DNA of 61,173 bases. It comes from a virus. Taxonomy: Duplodnaviria; Caudoviricetes. The DNA lies in the IMG/VR virus record IMGVR_UViG_3300030372_004731, positions 1 to 61,173 of that record, one strand, 5' to 3'. Position numbers and translations under genes: made by a program. How positions within the stretch are numbered: position 1 is the stretch's first letter; each line of letters opens with the position of its first letter. Shown here one piece after another: positions 53,584 through 61,173 of this stretch. The notes under the pieces are model-generated. The model was not told the DNA's origin, made no database searches, and worked only from the letters and a program-made list of their open reading frames with translations.

Positions 53584-56247
53584 TTAAAATATAGGAGCAA
53601 AATACTCTCTTTTTGGCTGTATTGCAACTAAACCACCTGTTTTATAAGTTCTCATTTTTTTCTTTGATAACTGTTTAGCTGCACCAGGCGGTATTTCTAA
53701 AGTATAGCCCCAAAAAGCTTCTTTGTCTGATTTAGGTCCAGCGGTAATATCTTTGGCTACAAATTCTTTTTCAAAATCAACAGTGCCTCTTTTACCAGCT
53801 CCAGCATTTTTTTTATCTAATATATAGTCTCTGTTAGCTTTTGTTTTAAAAGAAGCAATAAGTTCTCCATCTTGATCTAGAATCTGATAAGGACGATTTG
53901 CAGTCGAAGGCTCATTAAACATTTTTGTTCGTTTAACGTTTAAAGTTATTCCATGATCAGCTTTTATTTGTTTAGCTATTTTTTCTAAAGTTGCAGGGTA
54001 AACTGCAAGAGCTGATTTTTTTTTACCTGGAGGAGGTAACGCTGTTTGATCCATACCTTTTACCTTTGTTCCTTTGTTATCTCCATAATATAAGTAATGT
54101 CCTTTATCTTTTGTGTGGTGAGTATTTTTTGCTACTGGAACAATACTTACACCTGCTTTACCTGATCTAATAGCATCATCAACCATTGTTTTAAGAGCAA
54201 GTTCATAATAACTTTTCATGTAAGGAAAAAAATCTGGATTTTTATTTGTGTCTTTTCTAATTATGTCAGTTACTTTTTTTATAGCAGCTTCATCCATTAA
54301 TTCTGATCTTACAAAATACTTTCGTAAAAAAGATTTATCATTATCTAATTTTTGTAATTGTTTTACCTCAGCATCTGACAATGATCTTTTTTTACTTGCA
54401 TTTAGTAAAGGTGCCTGAGCATCATTTAGTTCTGTCATCTTTCTTCTTATGATTGCTTCTATTAAACTTTTACCATAAGGACTATCCATAGCTGCTCTCA
54501 TGTCTTTTTTGCCTTTGTCCCAAAACTTTTGTAGAGTATCTGATTGAATTTCTTCAATCGCGTATACTGGCTGTCCTTTGTCATTGTATCTTGTTTTATA
54601 TCTTATATGAACTGTAGGATTAGGTTCTTTAAAATGAGAAGAAAAAACTTTTTTTCCTTTCTCACTATTAAATGGAATAGCTTCATCAAGATAAATTACT
54701 TTTTCTTGATAATCATATCCTCCTTTAGTTGTAACACTATCGTGCTGTGTCTTACCTTTAAAACCTCGTTTTTTCTGAGCACTTATATAAGGTTTTAATT
54801 TTTGAATGTTACTTATATAACCTCTTAAAATTTGTTGAGCACCATCTGGTAAAGTAGGTAGAGCCGTAGTTAATATCTCTAAATCATCTCCCCAACCTGT
54901 TATATTCGCTTGTCTACCTGGAGAAGCACTAGCTTTATTAGTTAATCCACTTTCTAATTGTTTGATTTTTTCTTGCAGTTTATTTAACTGGCCTCTTTGA
55001 GCTGTGTTAGTTGTTTTAAATATTTGTTCTTCAAGCATCATTTTAAGACTATTACCCATTCTGTCGGTAGAAGCGTATAAATCATAAAAGTCATCACCTA
55101 GTGGTACCACACCCCCTCCGTATGTATTTATTTTTAGCCTTGAAGCAGGAGCATTTTTAAGCATCTTAAGAATATCTTGTTTATTAAATCCTATATTTTT
55201 AAATTCTTTTGGCAGATTTGCTAATGCACCACCAATAGGTTTAAAGTTTTCATCTAGTTTAAGAATCCCTGCATCAAATATTTCTTCTCTAGATACTTTA
55301 CCAGTTTTAATTAAATTAATTATTCTATTAGTTATTTGCGTAGGGTTCATGTTTTTAAAGTTTTCTGCAGCAATAACATCGTAGGCTCGTGAACCTGTAA
55401 ACTCACTTACATTTTGTTGAGATCCTTGTCTAATTGGATTTTTACTTTCACCATAATTAAATTTTTCACCTATTTTAGTGGGTAGATTGCCTTGGGCTAA
55501 TATCTCCTCTGATCGTCCTTGTTCTTCACGTAATGCTTTTTTCTGAGCACGATAATTACCAACTTTGCTCATAGTATTGGTAGACCCATAAGAAGCATCT
55601 AACTCCCTCATTAAAACTGGATTAACTGCAATAGTGTTTCTAAATTCTATTAAATTGTTATTAATCATTCGTTCACTTCCACTCAGTCTTTCTTCTGGTA
55701 ATCCTCTTAGCCATTGAATATAAGATCTTATTTGTTCACCTGGTAAAGCCCTCATTTCAGTATCTGAAAGTCTATTTTGAGTACTAGGGGTATCTAACTG
55801 TTGTTTTCTAAATCTAGATGTTAAATTTCTATATCCTTCCATAATACCTTTTCTATACATGTATCCCAGTCCAACACCTGCTCCTCCACCTAGCCACCAC
55901 GGTAAAGATCCAGCCGACATAACAGGAATTCCAATACCATGAGTAATAGTTCCTCCAACATCTCCTTCTTCAATAGCTTGTTTAAATCCTTCAATTTCTT
56001 TATTAGTGTAATCCATTGCTCTTGCTTCTCCCCATACCGGAAGAAGATCTTTCGAGATTTCATTTAATAGATTTATGGACTGCGGACCCAGGTTCTTTAA
56101 TGCTTGTATTTCTCTGTCCGTTAAAGATCTTTGTAATATTGCTCCTGGAGGAGGAAGATCACTTAATGTAACTGGTTTTTGTTTTACTTCAGTTTCAGTT
56201 ATAACTACTTCATCATCATCAGGTATTTTAGGTAATTGATCTATCAT
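53584..56247 (-). CDS. Large polyvalent-like putative injected protein
   Basis: GG..Y.E...SHF...H.R...IEEIQSD motif; C-terminal YKTGGLV. Confidence 0.6.
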   Translation of the reverse strand: MIDQLPKIPDDDEVVITETEVKQKPVTLSDLPPPGAILQRSLTDREIQALKNLGPQSINLLNEISKDLLPVWGEARAMDYTNKEIEGFKQAIEEGDVGGTITHGIGIPVMSAGSLPWWLGGGAGVGLGYMYRKGIMEGYRNLTSRFRKQQLDTPSTQNRLSDTEMRALPGEQIRSYIQWLRGLPEERLSGSERMINNNLIEFRNTIAVNPVLMRELDASYGSTNTMSKVGNYRAQKKALREEQGRSEEILAQGNLPTKIGEKFNYGESKNPIRQGSQQNVSEFTGSRAYDVIAAENFKNMNPTQITNRIINLIKTGKVSREEIFDAGILKLDENFKPIGGALANLPKEFKNIGFNKQDILKMLKNAPASRLKINTYGGGVVPLGDDFYDLYASTDRMGNSLKMMLEEQIFKTTNTAQRGQLNKLQEKIKQLESGLTNKASASPGRQANITGWGDDLEILTTALPTLPDGAQQILRGYISNIQKLKPYISAQKKRGFKGKTQHDSVTTKGGYDYQEKVIYLDEAIPFNSEKGKKVFSSHFKEPNPTVHIRYKTRYNDKGQPVYAIEEIQSDTLQKFWDKGKKDMRAAMDSPYGKSLIEAIIRRKMTELNDAQAPLLNASKKRSLSDAEVKQLQKLDNDKSFLRKYFVRSELMDEAAIKKVTDIIRKDTNKNPDFFPYMKSYYELALKTMVDDAIRSGKAGVSIVPVAKNTHHTKDKGHYLYYGDNKGTKVKGMDQTALPPPGKKKSALAVYPATLEKIAKQIKADHGITLNVKRTKMFNEPSTANRPYQILDQDGELIASFKTKANRDYILDKKNAGAGKRGTVDFEKEFVAKDITAGPKSDKEAFWGYTLEIPPGAAKQLSKKKMRTYKTGGLVAIQPKREYFAPIF

Positions 56248-56525
56248 TTTGAAAAATACTTCCTTCGCTCTCTGGTTCTATAATTTCTTAACCAATCTCC
56301 ATGAGCTGTTTTAGCTTTTTTAATAATTCCTACTATTTCTTTTTTAGAAACTCCTTGATTACTTAAACGATTGGCTCTTTCTATAATATTGTTTCTAACA
56401 TAATTTCTATCCACTCCTCCCGACATTCCTTTTAATTGTAAAACAGTAGATTTAAAAAATTGATCTTTGGTATAAGGTTTTTTAGGAGGAACAATAGTTT
56501 CTCTTTTTTTAGGTCTTTGCATCAT
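56244..56525 (-). CDS. Small basic hypothetical protein
   Basis: Coupled ORF, Lys/Arg-rich. Confidence 0.7.
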   Translation of the reverse strand: MMQRPKKRETIVPPKKPYTKDQFFKSTVLQLKGMSGGVDRNYVRNNIIERANRLSNQGVSKKEIVGIIKKAKTAHGDWLRNYRTRERRKYFSK

Positions 56526-57157
56526 TAGAAACCTCGCTTAGCTAATTTAGGTTTTATAAGTAAACCACCTTTACTTACCCACACACCTTTTTTTTCTTGT
56601 CTATGGTGCTCTAAATCTTTTTCCATATCTTTTCTCCATTGGTCTCGCTTTTTTTTCTTGTCCATTTCTTCTCTAAATTTAAAATAATACTCTTCTTCAC
56701 TTTTACGAGGTCCTTTTCCTCTTCCACCTTGTGTAAGACCACCTTTAGCTTTTCTACCAACTTTTTCTTTCATAAATTTTTTTACAGATCTACCAATAGA
56801 TTTTTGTATTTCTCTTCTTTCAAGTTTAGTAATCATAGGCACTTGCATACTTTTAGTTTTATCTCCTTGATATCCTTTTCCAACAAAACTAATAGTAGGT
56901 GCTTTAGACCCAGCTGGCTTCTTTTCTTTCTTAGCTAGTTTAGCAGCTCGTCCTTGAAACTTAACACTTCTGATTGATTTTTTAATAGCTTCTTTGCTAT
57001 AAGGAATAACTCCTTCGCTGTCGTGACCCCTCCTGTATTTACTTTTATAAGCCTCATGTTGCTTTTTACTTTTCTTATGGGCTCGATAACCTCTACGAAA
57101 AGCTTCTTTAGCCGTCTTAAAAATTAATTTAGAAATTTCTTTTTTAATTGGATCCAT
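56525..57157 (-). CDS. Basic protein with KGG motifs
   Basis: KAKGGL, VSKGGLLIKPKLAKRGF. Confidence 0.72.
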   Translation of the reverse strand: MDPIKKEISKLIFKTAKEAFRRGYRAHKKSKKQHEAYKSKYRRGHDSEGVIPYSKEAIKKSIRSVKFQGRAAKLAKKEKKPAGSKAPTISFVGKGYQGDKTKSMQVPMITKLERREIQKSIGRSVKKFMKEKVGRKAKGGLTQGGRGKGPRKSEEEYYFKFREEMDKKKKRDQWRKDMEKDLEHHRQEKKGVWVSKGGLLIKPKLAKRGF

Positions 57158-58635
57158 TAGTAATATTTAGGCCTCTCTCCCCTTTTGCCTTTAGGCTCTT
57201 CCTGTTCATCGGAAAATAATTGTACAAAATTTCCCTTTCTATACCTTAGCACAGCTTGGGTGGTGCTGTCCACGTAGTCATCATTCTCACCAAACGGAAA
57301 CGCAGCACATTCCTCAATAACCTCTTCAGCCCACCTTTCTCCTTCAGGATAAAACACTTGTCCTGATTCAAATATAGGAGCACAGGCGTGAACTCGTGCG
57401 TGTTTATCTTTTCCTTTTACAGGGACAAATTCTACTACTGGAACACCCATTTTTCTCATTTCTTGGATCAGGGGTTCTCCTGTAGCCTTCTTCTCCACGA
57501 TCACCGTTTCTGGGTCCCAGTACCGATATTGATCAAAAGCTATCATCTTAAGTTCTGGAAAATCATATCTTCCTCTTAAAGCATCTAATAATATTATAGC
57601 AGGTTTATAATCTTCAAATGGAGTAAATACTCCCCATGTAGTTATAGCAGAATAGTCTGCAGTTTCTTTTTTAGAAAAAGCTGTGTCATAACTTTGAATG
57701 ACATGTTTCAATTCTGGTAATCCTTTTCCTTCCCATACTTGCCACCACTCACGTTTAAGAATTGCTCCTTCTTCTGCAGTAGGATTTTGCATATACTGCG
57801 CATTCCATTTTGAAATTGGTATAGACGCTTTTGTTCCAAGTAGGGACTCCAAATTCCAGTATTCAGGCCATACGGGTTTATCATTCGGCATGATCGCAGG
57901 GAATTCAATTACCTCCCATTGATCAGCACCTGGGTTCCGCTGTTCGCGAATTAACTTCCCTGTTAAATCATTTTGAGCCCAACGTGTCATTACTAAGACT
58001 ATGGAACCACCAGGCTGTAATCTTTGACGGGGGCCAGATGTATACCACTCAAAAGTCTTTTCTAAAGATTCCTTTGAAGTAACAGTTTGTTCGGTATGTG
58101 GGTCATCAATAATTAGTACATCAGCACCACGTCCCGTGATGGAACCACCTACACCAGCAGCATAGTACTCCCCTCCTTGATTCGTCTCCCAACGTCCAGC
58201 AGCCTTGGAATCCTGTGAAAGAGTTACATTCTGAAAAACTTTTTTATATTCCTCCGAGTCAACAAGATTCCTCACCTTCCGACCAAAACGTTGTGATAAT
58301 TCTGCATTATGCGAAACTTGCATAATCTTAGCTTTAGGATTCTTTCCCATAATCCACGCAGGTAATAAATAAGATGCAAACTCAGATTTTGTATGACGTG
58401 GAGGCATATTAACAATAAGTCGTTTAAGAGAACCATCAGCTATTCTATCAAATTTCTCAGCAATTAATTGATGGTGGCCCCATTGAGACTTATTTTTAGC
58501 TTTTCTGTAAATGAAGTCAGGCCAAACTTGAGTCACAAAATATAAAAAATCTGTTCTGCTTTTTAATATTTTTTGAGCATCTAAGTATTGTTTAATCTTC
58601 TCTAGCTTTTCTCTTGGTAATTGATCTAGCTCCAT
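57157..58635 (-). CDS. terL: Terminase large subunit (likely start MELDQLP)
   Basis: RLIVNMPPRHTKSE, ITGRGAD.LIIDDP, VMTRW, YMQNP, QSYDTA, DYSA, DDYVDS. Confidence 0.96.
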   Translation of the reverse strand: MELDQLPREKLEKIKQYLDAQKILKSRTDFLYFVTQVWPDFIYRKAKNKSQWGHHQLIAEKFDRIADGSLKRLIVNMPPRHTKSEFASYLLPAWIMGKNPKAKIMQVSHNAELSQRFGRKVRNLVDSEEYKKVFQNVTLSQDSKAAGRWETNQGGEYYAAGVGGSITGRGADVLIIDDPHTEQTVTSKESLEKTFEWYTSGPRQRLQPGGSIVLVMTRWAQNDLTGKLIREQRNPGADQWEVIEFPAIMPNDKPVWPEYWNLESLLGTKASIPISKWNAQYMQNPTAEEGAILKREWWQVWEGKGLPELKHVIQSYDTAFSKKETADYSAITTWGVFTPFEDYKPAIILLDALRGRYDFPELKMIAFDQYRYWDPETVIVEKKATGEPLIQEMRKMGVPVVEFVPVKGKDKHARVHACAPIFESGQVFYPEGERWAEEVIEECAAFPFGENDDYVDSTTQAVLRYRKGNFVQLFSDEQEEPKGKRGERPKYY

Positions 58636-58643
58636 AAGTATTT

Positions 58644-58672
58644 CAGTATAAATGTTTTTGTATATCTTGCAA
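58644..58672 (-). promoter_or_regulatory. Promoter for the TerL/late operon
   Basis: TTGCAA-16-TATACT about 8 nt upstream of ATG 58635. Confidence 0.5.
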
Positions 58673-58773
58673 CTAAAGGTTTTTAACAAGTTACATCAAC
58701 GTATAAAGGGGTGGGTGGGGTTGTCAAAATGGGTTAGGGAAATTTGGAAGTCTAGTATCTCTATTGAATAAGG

Positions 58774-58812
58774 AAAAAAAAAGGAAGACGTTGATAGTCC
58801 AACGTCTTCCTT
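58774..58812 (-). terminator. Rho-independent terminator
   Basis: AAGGAAGACGTTG/CAACGTCTTCCTT stem followed by a long U tract. Confidence 0.85.
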
Positions 58813-58856
58813 CCACTTACGGTGATTTCATTAGCTTGTTAAGTTAATGATTAGGT

Positions 58857-59117
58857 TTATAAGTTGCGAGTAAGATTGAATTGTTCTGCAAGTTCTTCAA
58901 CAAGTTCTGTTGCAAACTTCATAACAACTTCATTATCTTTGTTCGCTTGTATAAATTCGAAAATTTTTCCGTCTAAATAACAAGCCAACATTTGCCAATT
59001 AACTCTTTTCTCACTTTGTTTCTTTTCAAGAAAAGATTTTAATCGCTCAACAATCTCATTATTGTCTTTCGAAGTCATTACTAAAGACTTCAATTCTACT
59101 ATTTGATTATTTGACAT
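58857..59117 (-). CDS. Hypothetical early protein
   Basis: AAGGAG RBS; has its own promoter and terminator. Confidence 0.75.
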   Translation of the reverse strand: MSNNQIVELKSLVMTSKDNNEIVERLKSFLEKKQSEKRVNWQMLACYLDGKIFEFIQANKDNEVVMKFATELVEELAEQFNLTRNL

Positions 59118-59141
59118 AATGATATTCTCCTTTCATATTTT

Positions 59142-59169
59142 AATATAGTCATAAGATAGGATAAGTCAA
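59142..59169 (-). promoter_or_regulatory. Sigma70 early promoter
   Basis: TTGACT-16-TATATT. Confidence 0.65.
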
Positions 59170-59591
59170 GATAAGATATATATTTATTTACAACTTATAG
59201 TTGTGTCTAATACGACACACAAACCTGTGTCCCGAAGCGACCTGCCATTTTTTTAAACAGACCCCGCGCCTCAACTTTTGATATTAACAACAAACGGGAA
59301 TTTGTTAGCTTTTAGTTATGAGAACGGCATTTGAATAACCTCTTCTATCTTTCTGCCCTAAATATACCATATTATACCTCACGATACCACAGGTTTTCCA
59401 GACCAGCGTGAAAGGAAGCGGATCGGCCAGTTCTTCTGTTCAAACAATAAATGGCATAAAACCTAATGTTTTTGACACCAAACGGGATTCTCTACCATCT
59501 CAAACTCCTGAAAGGCAAACCAAAAACCCTTGATTTACTTGGGTTTTTGAACTCTGTCCGCGGGCGCCAGCGCTAAAATTTATATATTGAA

Positions 59592-59636
59592 TAAAAAAAA
59601 CCCGTCCCGATTTCGTTGAAAACGGGAACGGGATTT
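59592..59636 (-). terminator. Rho-independent terminator built from the repeat box
   Basis: CCCGTTCCCG...CGGGACGGG followed by TTTTTTTT, after the ORF ending at 59644. Confidence 0.7.
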
Positions 59637-59643
59637 TAGAAAG

Positions 59644-60342
59644 TTAATTAGGTTTTGATTCTGCTCTTATCTCATTGAACAGATTCGAAAAACGACCGTG
59701 ATGTTTATAATCGTTATCAACTTTTTGTTCTGACCTATTACCCTCACTATGTATGAGGATACCATTTCTGATTGGTTTTGTAGTTATGATATTTGTGTTG
59801 TTAATATCAACAGTATTTACCATAAGTATTTCTTCTCTATCAGGGTGTTCACTAGGTGTTATATCTAACTCTTTAATAGGAATATTCTTTTCCGTATCTT
59901 GTTTAGATTTGACACACCAAGCCTCTGAAACAAACGCATAATATTTTGCGTTTAAGTCATCAAGCAAACCCCCTATTACTTTTGTACCCATGTTCTTAGA
60001 TAGGTTGTTAGTAAATTTACAGCCAATGTAAGCGACTGCATATTTGCTATCAGGTTTATCATCAGATAAAGCACCAGCTTCTTTTCCCATGTTAATGAAT
60101 TTAGTTCCTCTTTCAGAAACCAATTTCCTTTCAAACGGAATTAGAAACAAACTAGGCATTTCTTGTTTTTGTTCATTTCTATGAAAGTCAAAACAATCAA
60201 TAGCTATATGACACGCATAACTGTGAAACAAATCTATGTCGTGATAATTATTGGTGTTTTCGCCTCTCAATGCTGTGAACTCAATAGGAAAGTTTTTTAT
60301 AAACTTATCCATTATTTCATCTGCTATTTTTTTTTCGTCCAT
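59644..60342 (-). CDS. Hypothetical early protein
   Basis: YAFVSEAW...PSEHPDREE.L motif; AAGGAG RBS. Confidence 0.75.
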   Translation of the reverse strand: MDEKKIADEIMDKFIKNFPIEFTALRGENTNNYHDIDLFHSYACHIAIDCFDFHRNEQKQEMPSLFLIPFERKLVSERGTKFINMGKEAGALSDDKPDSKYAVAYIGCKFTNNLSKNMGTKVIGGLLDDLNAKYYAFVSEAWCVKSKQDTEKNIPIKELDITPSEHPDREEILMVNTVDINNTNIITTKPIRNGILIHSEGNRSEQKVDNDYKHHGRFSNLFNEIRAESKPN

Positions 60343-60363
60343 TATGACTCCTTTGTTGCAATC

Positions 60364-60392
60364 AATATAATGATCCCATGACCATAAGTCAA
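60364..60392 (-). promoter_or_regulatory. Sigma70 early promoter with ATGGGAT box in the spacer
   Basis: TTGACT-TATGGTCATGGGATCAT-TATATT. Confidence 0.7.
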
Positions 60393-60514
60393 GTTAAAAA
60401 CAAAGGTAGTATAGATAAAATAAAGTTCCCCAGCAGAACAGGAAGCGCGCCGGGCCAGATGCCATTACTACTAATATACCTACCAAATACAGAGCGTAAA
60501 TCATGGCAACGGGA

Positions 60515-60907
60515 TTATGGAATTTTCACAGCTGGTTCAGGCCTGGCGCCGGTGACTGATTGTAATCTATCTTCCTTATCCTTCAAAGCTTGTCCAACCG
60601 AAACGGCATCTTCAACCTGCAGCTCCTGTGCCCTTACTTCGACGGCCCACCAAACTAGTTTGTTCTTGAATGTCCTATGGGATTCTTCATCCTTCGTAAT
60701 AGAAAATATCTTTTCCATCAAGGTTTGTCCCTCCTGGTCAGCTGCGTCTTCTAGCATCTCCCAAATCTCTTTTACGTGATCATCGTAGAATTTACCAGTC
60801 TCAGTGTAGTATATCAGACCAGACACGCCTCCGCTGCAGCCATGCTTCGCGATGTCTGCTACATCTTCTTTTTCTTTCTCTTTTAAATATTCTTTAATAG
60901 TTTGCAT
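60515..60907 (-). CDS. Acidic early protein (DUF7222-like); start MQTIKEY
   Basis: DIAKHGCSGGVSGLIYY.ET..FYD.H..EIW...N.LVW.AVE. Confidence 0.65.
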   Translation of the reverse strand: MQTIKEYLKEKEKEDVADIAKHGCSGGVSGLIYYTETGKFYDDHVKEIWEMLEDAADQEGQTLMEKIFSITKDEESHRTFKNKLVWWAVEVRAQELQVEDAVSVGQALKDKEDRLQSVTGARPEPAVKIP

Positions 60908-60992
60908 AAGTTCCTTTCTTTTTAAGCAGCCCACCAAGAAACAGGAGCCATTGCATGTGATGCGAATGAAATCTTAATGAGCTACCATCTAG

Positions 60993-61020
60993 AACCTATC
61001 ATCTCCCATACCAATGTCAA
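60993..61020 (-). promoter_or_regulatory. Sigma70 early promoter with ATGGGA box
   Basis: TTGACA-TTGGTATGGGAGATGA-TAGGTT. Confidence 0.65.
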
Positions 61021-61173
61021 CATAATTATACCGGCACAGGGTCCTGAAGCCAGGTCCTGCAGCCAGTTCTTTTATATATAAACAGCGAAGCTCAAAATTT
61101 TTTGCAGGACAACGGGAATGGCATTTTCCTTACCTTTTCGTCTGCTCAGCAGACTGCACAGGAAGCGTCACCG

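Larger units (their letters stand above)
1..61173. mobile_element. Tailed dsDNA bacteriophage genome (podovirus, likely HTVC023P-like pelagiphage)
   Basis: TerS, TerL, portal, scaffold, major capsid, short-tail and ejection proteins, PolA/primase/helicases and endolysin are all present; no host housekeeping genes. Confidence 0.93.
59260..61173. repeat. Dispersed bipartite repeats (GC-rich/CCAG box, about 50 nt, then AACGGGA(T/A)); family continues at 1-160
   Basis: AACGGGA at about 59293, 59481, 59621, 59627, 60508, 61111, 65, 147 and 154; AGGAAGCG at about 59413, 60440 and 61160. Confidence 0.7.

Noticed and set aside
2652-60779. Many short plus-strand ORFs in the track (e.g. 2652, 3324, 4647, 7211, 8398, 15590, 20050, 33243, 41016, 56639, 60378) and nested alternative-frame minus ORFs (e.g. 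3513, 9491, 23322, 33002, 42444)
   Set aside because: They are antisense or frameshifted shadows of well-supported genes, with low-complexity F/L/I/S composition and no RBS
59260-61173. Possible CRISPR-like or mini-array
   Set aside because: Repeats are short, degenerate and irregularly spaced; there are no constant-length spacers and no cas genes
1-61173. tRNA/tmRNA genes, integrase, RNA polymerase, stop-codon reassignment
   Set aside because: No cloverleaf or integrase/RNAP motifs were recognised by eye; coding density is high under the standard code with TAA, TAG and TGA all used as stops. tRNAscan/ARAGORN would be needed to exclude RNA genes formally

Overview
The window looks like a complete or near-complete genome (about 61 kb, AT-rich) of a lytic marine podovirus, probably circularly permuted. 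Gene content and order resemble HTVC023P-type pelagiphages (SAR11 hosts); this is recognition by eye, not a database match. Most genes are on the minus strand. Modules: TerS and small early genes (0-6.5 kb); replication genes (PolA, PAPS-reductase-like protein, UvrD-like helicase, AEP primase, SSB-like protein, SNF2 helicase, exonuclease; 6.5-16 kb); ejection/internal proteins (16-24 kb); two glycosyltransferases, four tandem 2OG-Fe(II) oxygenases and three proline-rich beta-propeller receptor-binding paralogs (24-36 kb); tail, lysis and head genes (36-48 kb); a cluster of Lys-rich xxGG-motif proteins around portal and TerL (48-58.7 kb); and a repeat-punctuated array of single-gene cassettes across the window junction. 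The most notable signals are a shared K-x-G-G motif in about 10 virion-region proteins, a candidate virion hydroxylation/glycosylation pathway, a near-consensus parS site beside an origin-like region, an unannotated ArfA-like peptide, and AACGGGA cassette-boundary repeats. No integrase, tRNA or CRISPR array was seen.
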